A DNA stretch of 45,866 nt from a virus. Taxonomy: Duplodnaviria; Caudoviricetes. A model generated the notes under the pieces. It searched no databases and was not told the origin of the DNA. It saw only the letters and a list, made by a program, of their open reading frames with translations. Positions 1 to 9,345 of the stretch are shown one piece after another. The DNA lies in IMG/VR virus record IMGVR_UViG_3300021082_000048, positions 1 to 45,866 of that record, one strand, 5' to 3'. The translations under genes were made by a program, and so were the position numbers. Every line of letters begins with the position of its first letter. The stretch's first letter is position 1.

Positions 1-161
1 AACAGTGGATCAGTCGTGCCTTCCCACGGTGTTGATGGATCAAGGATCGTGTTCATTCGCTGACGAATATCACCCTTAAGCCCACGGATGATATCGTCCA
101 AAGTGCTACGCAGCGCTGAACCAGATGGCGCCGTTTCATCCCACGCATTAGACCATGCCAT
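1..161 (-). CDS. Partial CDS running off the window edge; probable tail/virion protein N-terminus
   Basis: Own translation from ATG at 161: MAWSNAWDETAPSGSALRSTLDDIIRGLKGDIRQRMNTILDPSTPWEGTTDPL, open to the edge; continues the late operon. Confidence 0.6.
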   Translation of the reverse strand, partial: MAWSNAWDETAPSGSALRSTLDDIIRGLKGDIRQRMNTILDPSTPWEGTTDPL

Positions 162-172
162 CTTGGTGCCCC

Positions 173-190
173 TGATTCAATGTTGAATCA
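173..190. promoter_or_regulatory. Palindromic site, copy 1 (TGATTCA-ATGT-TGAATCA)
   Basis: Exact match to the recurring motif; at a gene junction overlapping a stop codon. Confidence 0.85.
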
Positions 191-721
191 CTTCAACAAC
201 AACGCGAGTAACGCTCCAATGACTGCACCTGGTAGCGCCATGACTACCTTTTTACCAAAGCTAGGATGCGCTCGTTCTTCTGCCAACTCCCAGTCCACAA
301 TCAGTTGTTTAGTTATCCTTTGGTTCTGTGATATGATGCTATCCAGCTTTACGTCTGCTTTCGCCATTTTGCTCGTGGTATCTGATACGACAGTATCACG
401 ATTGATGAGTCCGGCCAGACGTTCCTGTACCAGTGAATCGACTGCTGCTCGTTGACGATAAGCGTTCTCCCGAGCAACGCTAGCAGCCAAGCTTTTCCTG
501 GTAGCGGCCAGTTGGGCACTAGCACTCGCCCTTCGTAGTTCGGATCGAGCCAGCTCTGCATTTGTTTTCATTAGCTCCATTTGCAGAATAAACATAGCAC
601 TATCCGCACTAAGTTGCATCGTCAATCTAACTTGCATCACCTTCGCAGAATGCCACCCATACGAAACCACAACAAGTAATATCCACGGCACGATGCGAGC
701 AAGTTTATAGACAATCCCCAC
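188..721 (-). CDS. Membrane-anchored coiled-coil protein, possibly spanin-like
   Basis: N-terminal TM (IVPWILLVVVSYGW), Ala-rich helical middle, C-terminal hydrophobic segment (LPGAVIGALLALLL). Confidence 0.5.
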   Translation of the reverse strand: MGIVYKLARIVPWILLVVVSYGWHSAKVMQVRLTMQLSADSAMFILQMELMKTNAELARSELRRASASAQLAATRKSLAASVARENAYRQRAAVDSLVQERLAGLINRDTVVSDTTSKMAKADVKLDSIISQNQRITKQLIVDWELAEERAHPSFGKKVVMALPGAVIGALLALLLK

Positions 722-1389
722 TACTCCGAGTGGTTAAAGTCTAGTCGTGAGTCGCTACCTCCCTGCGTCAGCGTAGGGACGGCAACGCCCGTATCAAAGT
801 CCATCTTCTCTTCGTCAACTTCCGTCGGCTTGCTGCTCACCCAATCGTTGAACGCTGCCATTGCCGCCTGTGCCTTCGGCAAGTCTGGCTGATCCATGTA
901 GTAATAGTACTTGGCCATCTCCACGATGCCATAGTGCCACACCACTGGCAGGATCGGCTCCTCAACATCGGACACCAGATCAACAATGTCTGCCTTGTAG
1001 AACACTTCGATCGTGTACTCATCGTCAGGCGTGGGCCTCAACATCACCCACGACTTGTACCGAGTGTAGTGCTTAGGCTTGCCCTCGTTGTCCGTCGTGT
1101 CTACTTCCCGTTCAGAATCCTGTCGAGCGTCAGACTTCATGATCCGTCCACCGTTCGACATGTCACGCATCTTGATGATGCTCAGCAGCTCAGTCGGCAG
1201 ACCATAGTTCGACTGCCCTGCGACTGTCAAGAACGTGCATAGCTTCCGGTTCTTGTGGAACCTGAACCGATCAGCCACGTCTCTGTAGCCCTGATTAATC
1301 ATCTCATTAAGCAAGTCGTCAGTCACATTGGGATCAACTGGATTCCCGATACGACGACGTAGCTTAGTACGCATTTGGCCTAGGTTCAT
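721..1389 (-). CDS. Head-to-tail adaptor / tail tubular A-like protein
   Basis: MNLGQMRTKLRRRIG start with ATGA overlap to the upstream gene; GQSNYGLP, GKPKHY, LRPTPD motifs typical of podophage adaptors; downstream of capsid genes. Confidence 0.7.
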   Translation of the reverse strand: MNLGQMRTKLRRRIGNPVDPNVTDDLLNEMINQGYRDVADRFRFHKNRKLCTFLTVAGQSNYGLPTELLSIIKMRDMSNGGRIMKSDARQDSEREVDTTDNEGKPKHYTRYKSWVMLRPTPDDEYTIEVFYKADIVDLVSDVEEPILPVVWHYGIVEMAKYYYYMDQPDLPKAQAAMAAFNDWVSSKPTEVDEEKMDFDTGVAVPTLTQGGSDSRLDFNHSE

Positions 1390-2780
1390 GTCGGCACCAC
1401 TCCCACTGGAATCCACTGGGGAATACAGTCGTCAGTGACTTCTACATCCACTGGCTCAGGCGTGCATGTGAAATCTGTATCAAAGCACGGACCAAAGATT
1501 AGGATCACCTCAACCGTCTGAGGCGAGTTATCTGCGTTCGACGACTCAACATCAAAGCTACCATGCCATGTTCCCTCAGGCACATTCTCAGTATTGCCGA
1601 TAACGCTGATCAACGTACCAGTCAGAAGCACTGTGAACCAATCATAGCCTGGCTCGATGTACGTTAGATTAGTGAGGGCCAAGTCTGCAAATGATCCCTG
1701 ACCAATGTTCAGCACATTCTGTTCAACTGCCGGCAATGCAGTAGCACGTGCGTGTGCATAGATAGTCATAGGTGATGTTACAGAGATACGTGGTATCGCT
1801 GTGATCGTCACCTGCACTGTTACTGTCTGCGGCGAGTTATCGGCCGTTGGATCAGTAATGTTGAACTGTGCTGTATATACACCGGGAGTCATGCCAGTTG
1901 TATCAATGCTCAACTGACATATCCACGGATTCTCGTCATCTGTAAATGAAGGATTCAGCCAATCTTCAGTCACAGTATCAAAGTCAATACCTGACAGCGA
2001 TCCTTCACCAGTATTGTAAACCTCAAGATTGTGTAGAATCGGTCCAGGTCCTTGTGGACCTGACAGCGTTACTGGAGAATCGACACTAATGTGTGGTGGA
2101 TCATCTTCCCACACTTCAAGATTCTGGACCCTTGTACCACTGTTCTCGTAGTGCAATCCCACACTGCTGTGATCAAAGTCCAAACCATTCCAAGTAGGTG
2201 TCAACACACCACCTGGTGAGGTTGTAAGGATCACCTGTCGTGTGCCACCAGCGAACGGTTCGATCCACAGCGTGTATGTACCACTCCCACCTGCCCCAAC
2301 CAGTGTGCATCCTACCCTGATCCCCCACGAGGGACCGATACCAAAGTCTGTATAACGATGCCCTACATCCACCGTGCCACCACCAGCACCTGCATCTAGC
2401 ACTGGTGTGACGTACACGTGTTCATCATTCGTGTCAACTTCAAACTGCAACTCGAGCCAACGATCACCTAGTACACCCGAGGCGTTGTCGAGTCCCCACT
2501 GAATACCCATCCTGTACGGCTGCGAATCCCAGTAGTACAGGTCCACCCAACTTTGAAAGTTGTCGAACACTCCTGTATCAATCTTCAACAGCGACACGTT
2601 GCGAGGCGTACCTGAATTGAACTTTGCACCATTGCTCAGAATGATAACGAAATCACTGAACGATGACGCTTGTATCCACCCACTCATGAAGCCATTCAAA
2701 GGAGCAGGTGTATGTGCTGTCAGGTTTGTACCTGGCGCATTGTCCTTGTCAAAGATATCCTGCGCAACTATGTTCGACAT
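1386..2780 (-). CDS. Virion protein with beta-rich N-terminal domain and two BACON/Ig-like repeats
   Basis: Two ~100-aa repeats (NTGEGSL..W..G.Y...ADNSPQTVTV and NIGQGSF..W..GTW...ADNSPQTVEV). Confidence 0.65.
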   Translation of the reverse strand: MSNIVAQDIFDKDNAPGTNLTAHTPAPLNGFMSGWIQASSFSDFVIILSNGAKFNSGTPRNVSLLKIDTGVFDNFQSWVDLYYWDSQPYRMGIQWGLDNASGVLGDRWLELQFEVDTNDEHVYVTPVLDAGAGGGTVDVGHRYTDFGIGPSWGIRVGCTLVGAGGSGTYTLWIEPFAGGTRQVILTTSPGGVLTPTWNGLDFDHSSVGLHYENSGTRVQNLEVWEDDPPHISVDSPVTLSGPQGPGPILHNLEVYNTGEGSLSGIDFDTVTEDWLNPSFTDDENPWICQLSIDTTGMTPGVYTAQFNITDPTADNSPQTVTVQVTITAIPRISVTSPMTIYAHARATALPAVEQNVLNIGQGSFADLALTNLTYIEPGYDWFTVLLTGTLISVIGNTENVPEGTWHGSFDVESSNADNSPQTVEVILIFGPCFDTDFTCTPEPVDVEVTDDCIPQWIPVGVVPT

Positions 2781-3116
2781 TTACAGATCCAAAATCGCGT
2801 ACACTTCAACGTCACGCTCAGACGCTTCAGTACCTGCCGACGAAATCGCCAGCGACTCAAACCCTGAGCATTCAATGAACTGCACAGTTGAAGCAGTCAG
2901 AGTCACTGCTGCACCAGCAACTCGTAGTGGAGTCATAGCCGCTGCAAGTGTGTCATCCTTTGGCCCAACCTTTACTGAAACTACACCAGTATAGGCTGGA
3001 TTGTGGAATGTCAGTCCCTTCATCATCACCAGCTCTCTCGCCGCCAGCACATTACTGACCGGCGTAGCTGCTGCAGCCAAAGACAGCCGGCCCAGATACG
3101 TCTTATGTAGTCCCAT
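2781..3116 (-). CDS. Hypothetical virion protein
   Basis: Packed ORF in the structural operon, probable start MGLHKTY; beta-strand-rich. Confidence 0.6.
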   Translation of the reverse strand: MGLHKTYLGRLSLAAAATPVSNVLAARELVMMKGLTFHNPAYTGVVSVKVGPKDDTLAAAMTPLRVAGAAVTLTASTVQFIECSGFESLAISSAGTEASERDVEVYAILDL

Positions 3117-3384
3117 CGAGCACAATCTCCACAGTAGTGGGTGACCCTAGCGTGTGGGTCTTGCTGACTCTGTATCGCTCCATTCGCTTGAACGGCAAGG
3201 GATACAGGCCAGGCTGGTCATAACTAATGGAATCCGAAAGGTCCCCGATAGTCATGTCAAACCTGACCTGTTCACCCTCAAGCAGATGTGTGATCTGCAC
3301 TGCCTGTTCATTACCCTTAGCCCGAGCCCACGGACCCTCGGAAGCGAACTTCATGGCGACGAGTGCCAATCGCTTTTGTTGCAC
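3103..3384 (-). CDS. Hypothetical protein
   Basis: GTG at 3384 after AAGGA RBS, just past the upstream stop; fills the operon gap. Confidence 0.55.
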   Translation of the reverse strand: MQQKRLALVAMKFASEGPWARAKGNEQAVQITHLLEGEQVRFDMTIGDLSDSISYDQPGLYPLPFKRMERYRVSKTHTLGSPTTVEIVLDGTT

Positions 3385-3400
3385 GGTAATGTTCCTTACC

Positions 3401-4051
3401 TCATGGTGAAAGCTCCGGGGTATCACTGATGTACCACACCTCGTAGTCATCAGTACCCCCTGGAGTACCTGCTGGAGAATACGTGCCACGGGGATCAGCA
3501 GTGGACGATGTGCTCGATACTACCACCGTACCCGTTGTAACGAGCGTACCATTCACTGTTTCCGCAAGCACGCCCGCAGGGGAGACGTTCGCCTGAAGAC
3601 CCAACACCTTGCCCGTACCAGCGACAATGGTATTGCCTGCAGCCGTCGCAGCAATCGTCTCAGTGATCGACGTAACCCGCTTGAACGTCTTAGCACCCGT
3701 GAACACCTTGCTGGTTGTACCTGCCGTAACCGACCACGCTTCCGTGATCCGCAGGCCAGCCATATCGTAACCCGTAATCGTCCCACTCATCGCTACAACA
3801 GCCGACGCATGGGTAACTGTAATCACAACGTTACGTGCATAGTCGGCACTCTGGGCTACTGCAAGCGAACCACCCAGTGTCATTTCCGTCGTGCCGGCTG
3901 CGCTCTGCCCTACATGTGACAGCGACCATCCATTAGCGACTGGCGCTGCAACATTTGTAAAGATGTCGTGGATGATAGCCGACTGGCTAATCCGACGACC
4001 CCGATGATTCTGAATCCCACGACTAGTGGAATACGTGGCTGGCAGTGGCAT
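3401..4051 (-). CDS. Probable capsid decoration/structural protein
   Basis: Thr/Ala/Gly-rich 216 aa directly after the major capsid gene; TADPRGTYSP motif. Confidence 0.6.
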   Translation of the reverse strand: MPLPATYSTSRGIQNHRGRRISQSAIIHDIFTNVAAPVANGWSLSHVGQSAAGTTEMTLGGSLAVAQSADYARNVVITVTHASAVVAMSGTITGYDMAGLRITEAWSVTAGTTSKVFTGAKTFKRVTSITETIAATAAGNTIVAGTGKVLGLQANVSPAGVLAETVNGTLVTTGTVVVSSTSSTADPRGTYSPAGTPGGTDDYEVWYISDTPELSP

Positions 4052-4054
4052 GGT

Positions 4055-4951
4055 TTACGCTCCCTGCGAACCGTACACTCCGCGCCAGTCACCCCAGCCG
4101 CTGCCATTCCGGCGAGTGAGCTTGAACAGTGCATCACCCGTGTGGAAGTCATCGCTGTTGGTGAAGGTAGCTGCCCGACGATCCCAGTAGTTGATATCAT
4201 GCTGGTCGCACAGGATGTACCACGCATCCGCGTCCGTCATGTAGTGTGACAGATGAGGAGTGAGGCCTTCCTGAGCGACTTGGTTGATATCGTTCATGTT
4301 GCCGCCCGGCAGGAACTGCGACTTCAGCACCTGATTCACGATCCAGTGATCGTTGATGCTGTAAATCACCTTCCGGGGAATGAACACTGCCGGAATACCA
4401 CTTTCATCGTTCAGCTGATGGAAGTGTTCGAGTGCTGCCTGCAGTGGAATCAGATCGAAGTCTGCATCCAGTGCCGGACGATTACGCTGGGTGGCGCCAC
4501 GGATAGTAACGTGATCCCCCAGCAGGGCCTCGCCTGCAACAAACCCCGGGAAGGCGGTGTTGAAGGCGTTGTTGTACGGAGCATGAGCAACAATCTCCTG
4601 GTTGTTCCTTGCAGAACGACCAAGCGCCTTGCTCATCCTTCCACCCATGATCCCGTACAGATCATCTTCCATCATTTCCTGCGTGATCCTGAACCCAAGC
4701 GCGTACGTCGTCCAGGTGTACCGCTTGACGGTACCCTGCACCGCGTCCTGATAGTTAACCGACGCGCCTTCCGGCTTGGTCTGCAGAGTTCCGAACCCTG
4801 CGATCGGGAAGTCTTCCTCATACGCCCGCTTCGATGAATTGAAGTTGGTGATGAGCTGACCCTCCATCTTCCGTTCCTTGTACGTCTCAAAAACGATCTT
4901 CCGATATCCCGGCGCAAGGAGGTTACTGAACGCGCCTCTTACCATAGTCAT
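4055..4951 (-). CDS. Major capsid protein (HK97 fold, Mu gpT-like family)
   Basis: GFGTLQTKPEG..Y, RYTWTTYALGFRITQEMMEDDLY and C-terminal GWGDWRGVYGSQGA are characteristic; strong codon bias. Confidence 0.9.
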   Translation of the reverse strand: MTMVRGAFSNLLAPGYRKIVFETYKERKMEGQLITNFNSSKRAYEEDFPIAGFGTLQTKPEGASVNYQDAVQGTVKRYTWTTYALGFRITQEMMEDDLYGIMGGRMSKALGRSARNNQEIVAHAPYNNAFNTAFPGFVAGEALLGDHVTIRGATQRNRPALDADFDLIPLQAALEHFHQLNDESGIPAVFIPRKVIYSINDHWIVNQVLKSQFLPGGNMNDINQVAQEGLTPHLSHYMTDADAWYILCDQHDINYWDRRAATFTNSDDFHTGDALFKLTRRNGSGWGDWRGVYGSQGA

Positions 4952-4963
4952 TGTAGGCGGTCC

Positions 4964-5452
4964 TTACGCTGTGGCAACAGTGAGATCGGCGAACTGAAGA
5001 ACATTCTGGTGTACCACGGCATAGAAAATACCGTTTGCCTCATCCACATCCACAACCTTGAAACGGCTCGCAGTTGTGGTCTTGCTCACGTCAAGCTGCC
5101 ACTGACCACCAGTTGCCCTGGTGATGCCGTAGCTGTTACCAACGTGAGTTGCCCGCACCGGCGTAGTCGTTGACGAGAATGCAATGCGCACGCTGGCACC
5201 CGTAAGGATGCGCAGTGGCACAAGACCGTCTGGCGTCAACACTCGACCAGCTTCAGTCGAGATTTCGGAGATGCCCCCGATCAGAGTCGGGTTGGTCCCG
5301 CAGCGCTTCGCCTCACCATTGTCAGAGGTATCTGCGTACCAGAAGTCCCCTGGAATGCAAGGCTCATTCGTAGCCTGTCCCGGCACGAACTGAGCGTTGT
5401 GAGTACCTGCCTCGTAGCCTTGGCATACGTAGGCGGGGAACAGAGATGACAC
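4964..5452 (-). CDS. Probable capsid cement/decoration protein
   Basis: 162 aa, beta-rich, immediately upstream of the capsid gene. Confidence 0.55.
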   Translation of the reverse strand: MSSLFPAYVCQGYEAGTHNAQFVPGQATNEPCIPGDFWYADTSDNGEAKRCGTNPTLIGGISEISTEAGRVLTPDGLVPLRILTGASVRIAFSSTTTPVRATHVGNSYGITRATGGQWQLDVSKTTTASRFKVVDVDEANGIFYAVVHQNVLQFADLTVATA

Positions 5453-5456
5453 TGTG

Positions 5457-5972
5457 TTACTCCTTGATCAAAAGTCGATCCGCACCAATCGAGATCCCAT
5501 GTTTGTCGCGGAGGACCTTGGCCACCTGATCGGCCATGTTCTCCATTTCCCGGTTATGAGACGAAAGCCGGTTTGCTGTTTCACGTTCGATTTCACGGAC
5601 ACGATGTTCGTACTCCTCTTTTGGCAGACGATACAGTGCCAAATTCCCTACCTTACGACCACCCTCATCATTTGGTACACGTTCATAACCATCAGCCTGC
5701 CGTGTGATCGCCTTCTCTTGGTTGTTCTCGTTGATCCACCGCAGACGAAAGTCCTTGTTCTTCTGCTTCGTTGCTTCGCTCACCTGCATCAGTCGCTGCT
5801 TCGGACCGAGCGGCATAATCCCTGACCGACCAGTCGTCCGCTCAACTCTATCGAGTCGTGCAAGCTCCTGCTTGATCTGTTCCTGTGCCTCAGTCTTGCT
5901 GACCTGTGCATCAATCCCAGCTTGAATCTCCTTCTCCTCGGCCTTCTTGGCCAACACCTCTTCGACTGACAT
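5457..5972 (-). CDS. Conserved head-module hypothetical protein
   Basis: FRLRWIN...GYERV...LALYRLPKE resembles a family commonly found between scaffold and this capsid type. Confidence 0.6.
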   Translation of the reverse strand: MSVEEVLAKKAEEKEIQAGIDAQVSKTEAQEQIKQELARLDRVERTTGRSGIMPLGPKQRLMQVSEATKQKNKDFRLRWINENNQEKAITRQADGYERVPNDEGGRKVGNLALYRLPKEEYEHRVREIERETANRLSSHNREMENMADQVAKVLRDKHGISIGADRLLIKE

Positions 5973-6763
5973 TAGCTCACCTTGCTCCAGTTGATGTATT
6001 CCGCAGGGGTCATCCCGAGCTTATCCGCAATCTCGAGCTGTGTGGCATCAAGCTGACCGTTCGTCGTAGCCTGCTGCCGTGGTGCCTGTGTGTTCCTCAT
6101 CGTAATACCCGACTGGCCCTCAGCTGCCTCCTGCCGAGTTTCACGCGTAGCCTGACTCCTGTACTCCACCAACTTATCAAAGTTCCGGCCACGCACAAGG
6201 CTCACCAGATCGTCCCACGCCTGCCTCGAAGTCATTGCTTGCCGTCCGCCCGGAATCGACGCCACCAACTGGTCAATGTCTTTCCCAAGGATTGCAAACT
6301 CGTCTTTATACTTGTCACGAGCGTAGTCTTCGGCTGAGTTGACATTATTGCTCATTAGCGGCCGCAGACGTTCCTCGTACTGAGCCGCCACCCTTCGTGT
6401 GGTTTGAGTGCTAATGTACTCCATCGCCGCTACAGGATCGTTGCTCATCATTTCAGCCAGCTGTTCACGAGTCAGCTCGGGCTCAGGTTCAGGAGCCTTC
6501 TGCTGTTGTGGCTGAAACTGGTTGCTCCGAAGGGCCAACTCAGCTTGCTGCTGAGCCGACACCCTGGCTTCCTCACTAATCCGTACAGCTTCCTTCAACC
6601 GTGTCGCATACTCCACAACCTCCTGCGCTGACTTTCCACGCAGTTCCTCAGGCATACCTTCCGCATCGAGCTTGATCGTCTTCAAGTCAATGGGCTGTGC
6701 ATTTGCTTCCATGCTGGAAAAGTCATCCAGCGTCACGCTTGTCGCGCCATCCTGATTCAACAT
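5972..6763 (-). CDS. Capsid scaffolding protein (probable)
   Basis: Helical, Q/E-rich; C-terminal LDATQLEIADKLGMTPAEY; between portal and capsid. Confidence 0.7.
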   Translation of the reverse strand: MLNQDGATSVTLDDFSSMEANAQPIDLKTIKLDAEGMPEELRGKSAQEVVEYATRLKEAVRISEEARVSAQQQAELALRSNQFQPQQQKAPEPEPELTREQLAEMMSNDPVAAMEYISTQTTRRVAAQYEERLRPLMSNNVNSAEDYARDKYKDEFAILGKDIDQLVASIPGGRQAMTSRQAWDDLVSLVRGRNFDKLVEYRSQATRETRQEAAEGQSGITMRNTQAPRQQATTNGQLDATQLEIADKLGMTPAEYINWSKVS

Positions 6764-6770
6764 TGAATCA
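6753..6770. promoter_or_regulatory. Palindromic site, copy 2 (TGATTCA-ACAT-TGAATCA)
   Basis: Spans the upstream stop codon and the scaffold ATG. Confidence 0.85.
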
Positions 6771-7013
6771 CTCCACTTCTGACTTCAGTTGTTTGATCGT
6801 GTCAGTGATCAGGTTGATTACTGACTTATAAGCGGCCACCTTACCCTGGTGCCGCGCCAACTGCAGCTGGTCCACCTCCACTTCCAGGAGCCGCTGGCAT
6901 TGGGCCAGCAGGTCTTTGCATCGCCCCTCCAAGTAGCTGTAGCCCGGGTGCTGGCGCAAGTCCAAGAGGAGGCTCTCCAATTCCAACGCTTCCTCCTTGC
7001 TGAGCTGGGCCAT
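6768..7013 (-). CDS. Small helical post-portal protein overlapping the portal 3' end
   Basis: GGAGG upstream of ATG 7013; HPGY...HQGKVAAY pattern typical of small post-portal genes; stop abuts the scaffold start. Confidence 0.65.
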   Translation of the reverse strand: MAQLSKEEALELESLLLDLRQHPGYSYLEGRCKDLLAQCQRLLEVEVDQLQLARHQGKVAAYKSVINLITDTIKQLKSEVE

Positions 7014-8895
7014 TCATCCCTCCGATGTACTTTTCGAGGTCTGGCAAGTAATCGTCAGGATTCCTGATATCGTACTTCGTCAGTAGATCCTTGAACATAT
7101 TACGTGCCGCAGTCATCACATCACCAATCATCTGTGTCAGTTGTGGCTGCTGCTGTTGTGCCTGCAGTGCCACCGATCCAGCATTAAGCAGCTTTTCCAG
7201 GTACTGCATCATGATCTGAATGACCTGAAGTTGCATCTGTTGCATCGCTTGCCGATTACCCGCAGCATCCGTCGCTGACAGATCAATCGCCAGTGCACCA
7301 TTCACGTTCTCCGCACTCATTGTACTAAAGAACTTCTTCAACTGCTCGGCCATCTCGTCGTCACCAAAGACGATATCATCCAAGTCCTCTAGTCCATATT
7401 GAATCCAGATATAAAGACAGTTCTCAACCATTTCCGAGAAGCCATGACGCATATTCTCCAGCACCTCTTCAACCCTACGGGTGCCTTCCTGAATTAGCGC
7501 TAGCGTACTCGTAGCAGTGGCGCGACTGCCAATGATTGGTGACTCGCGACCAGTAAGATAGTCTGAAATACCCGTACGCTTCTCGATCAACCCAAAGATG
7601 TTCTGCCGTTCGTTCAAACTACTCGGATAAATGTCACCACACTGGAACGGAACGAAGTCTTTCGTCGGATCGTCCACGAAAAAGCACCGTCCAGCGTAAA
7701 GTCGGGGTACTTCCTCAATTCCCGACTCCTTCTTCACGATGAACATACGAATATTCGCCAAATAAGCGTTATCCGTCGCCATCTGATGCCACTTAGTCAG
7801 TGCATCCTGAAACGGTGCTACCATTTCGCACAGACCCATACCCGCCAAGCTACCATTCGTCACCGAATACGGCACAACAGTGTACGGATACCGCTGATGG
7901 AAGTACCAATTGTACCTCAGCTGGAGAATTGCACCCGTATCCTTGTGATAAGTGCACACAATTGACTCAGGCAGCCCATCTCCATCAATATCGTACTGGC
8001 ACCAAATCTCATAAAGCAGGATATCGTCCCTATGCCAGCTACTTGACTGCGATTCTGACATCTCTTCCCGCTTCTGTTCCACCTGGTCGAGCGTCATAAC
8101 CCCCTGACCCTCAACCTGCTTCACATTCGCCAGCTTTCCAGACGCCTGTGCAATGCAAAGGTCCTCATATCTAGCGCGAATCCGCTCAATAATGATCGGA
8201 CAGTCTTGCACATTCTCGTACAACGACGGATACATGAAGTTATTGAGGCTTATCCCTAGAATTCGAGGCCCCTTAAACTTCGTGATCTTCTTGTCGATGA
8301 CCTTCCACTCAGGCGAACTGGTGTCATACGTCTTGATCTTGTGTTCAATCCGCTCGTAGATGGTCTTGAACACCATCGTACCATGCTTGGTCATCTCATG
8401 GATGCGTGGACTCGCTACCGTTCTCAGGTTCAGCCTGTTCTTCTGATAGAAGTCGAACCACCATTCTAGCGCTTTAGCGTAGTCCATCGTCGACTTCTTG
8501 AGCGCCTTGAAGCTAAACACCGGGTCTTGCTTAAAAACGCCGGTCTCCAGCCGTGCATGAACAGGATCAACAGCCATCGCAACTGCCGGAATAGTGTCAG
8601 AGCAAGCTCCCTTGAACGGAATATCCCTTGGGGCACCCTTCAGTCCCCTATACGCATCTTCATTCTTTGCCATCGTGTCCAGCTTCCGCGTGTGCTGACC
8701 CTCCAGATCGACGATCCACTCGTCCATCCAGCTCTTAAACCGAGTCAGCACTTCTTCGGACACCTTTAGGATCGGCGGAGGAAACTTACTCTGCGGTCCC
8801 ATGTTGCTTCCGTCGTCCAACGGCTCTTGATCTATAGTGTAGTCGGTGCCCGTATCGACCGATTCACTCACAAATCGCATAGTTGAATCAGCCAT
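6841..8895 (-). CDS. Portal protein (P22/SU10-like)
   Basis: 684 aa; HGTMVFK, YDIDGDG, GMGLCE, TGISDY..G, ATAT motifs; Q-rich then G/P-rich tail. Confidence 0.88.
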   Translation of the reverse strand: MADSTMRFVSESVDTGTDYTIDQEPLDDGSNMGPQSKFPPPILKVSEEVLTRFKSWMDEWIVDLEGQHTRKLDTMAKNEDAYRGLKGAPRDIPFKGACSDTIPAVAMAVDPVHARLETGVFKQDPVFSFKALKKSTMDYAKALEWWFDFYQKNRLNLRTVASPRIHEMTKHGTMVFKTIYERIEHKIKTYDTSSPEWKVIDKKITKFKGPRILGISLNNFMYPSLYENVQDCPIIIERIRARYEDLCIAQASGKLANVKQVEGQGVMTLDQVEQKREEMSESQSSSWHRDDILLYEIWCQYDIDGDGLPESIVCTYHKDTGAILQLRYNWYFHQRYPYTVVPYSVTNGSLAGMGLCEMVAPFQDALTKWHQMATDNAYLANIRMFIVKKESGIEEVPRLYAGRCFFVDDPTKDFVPFQCGDIYPSSLNERQNIFGLIEKRTGISDYLTGRESPIIGSRATATSTLALIQEGTRRVEEVLENMRHGFSEMVENCLYIWIQYGLEDLDDIVFGDDEMAEQLKKFFSTMSAENVNGALAIDLSATDAAGNRQAMQQMQLQVIQIMMQYLEKLLNAGSVALQAQQQQPQLTQMIGDVMTAARNMFKDLLTKYDIRNPDDYLPDLEKYIGGMNGPAQQGGSVGIGEPPLGLAPAPGLQLLGGAMQRPAGPMPAAPGSGGGPAAVGAAPG

Positions 8896-9344
8896 TACAT
8901 CATCCTCCGAGCCGCACTTGAACCAAACCCACTGGCACTCTGCTCATACATCACAGCAGGCAAATCGCTTACAGTCAACGTAACCGTAATCGACTGTGGG
9001 TTATTACTCGCTGCAGCATCCACAACTGGGATCGTAGCAATGTAAGTACCCAACGGCAAACCTGCAATGTTCACAAGCACAGTGACTGTTGATCCCACAA
9101 GGTTTGCACTCAACCAACCCGAACCGTTCACATACACAATACTACCCAACGTGGGGGCCAACGTACCACCACCACCGTTAGACACAACTACAGTCTTACT
9201 CGGTGGATTTGAGCCATCCACGGTCGCTTGAAAGAGCAGTGACGTAGGAGTCAGTACTATAATGGGGACTACGCTCTCAGTTCCCCATGACCCCGGAGCA
9301 AGGGCTCCACTGGCCCAAGCTCCAACCGCCCAAGCGTATGCCAT
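8895..9344 (-). CDS. BACON/Ig-like domain virion protein
   Basis: LTPTSLLF..NPPSKTV.VSNGGGGTL..WL..GTY.ATI.V....SNNPQSITVTLTV; start MAYAW follows the upstream stop. Confidence 0.7.
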   Translation of the reverse strand: MAYAWAVGAWASGALAPGSWGTESVVPIIVLTPTSLLFQATVDGSNPPSKTVVVSNGGGGTLAPTLGSIVYVNGSGWLSANLVGSTVTVLVNIAGLPLGTYIATIPVVDAAASNNPQSITVTLTVSDLPAVMYEQSASGFGSSAARRMM

Positions 9345-9345
9345 C

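Noticed and set aside
8860-8890. Extra palindrome copy at the portal start
   Set aside because: CGATTCA-CTCA-CAAATCG has two mismatches plus a nearby half-site; possibly a weak site but not counted
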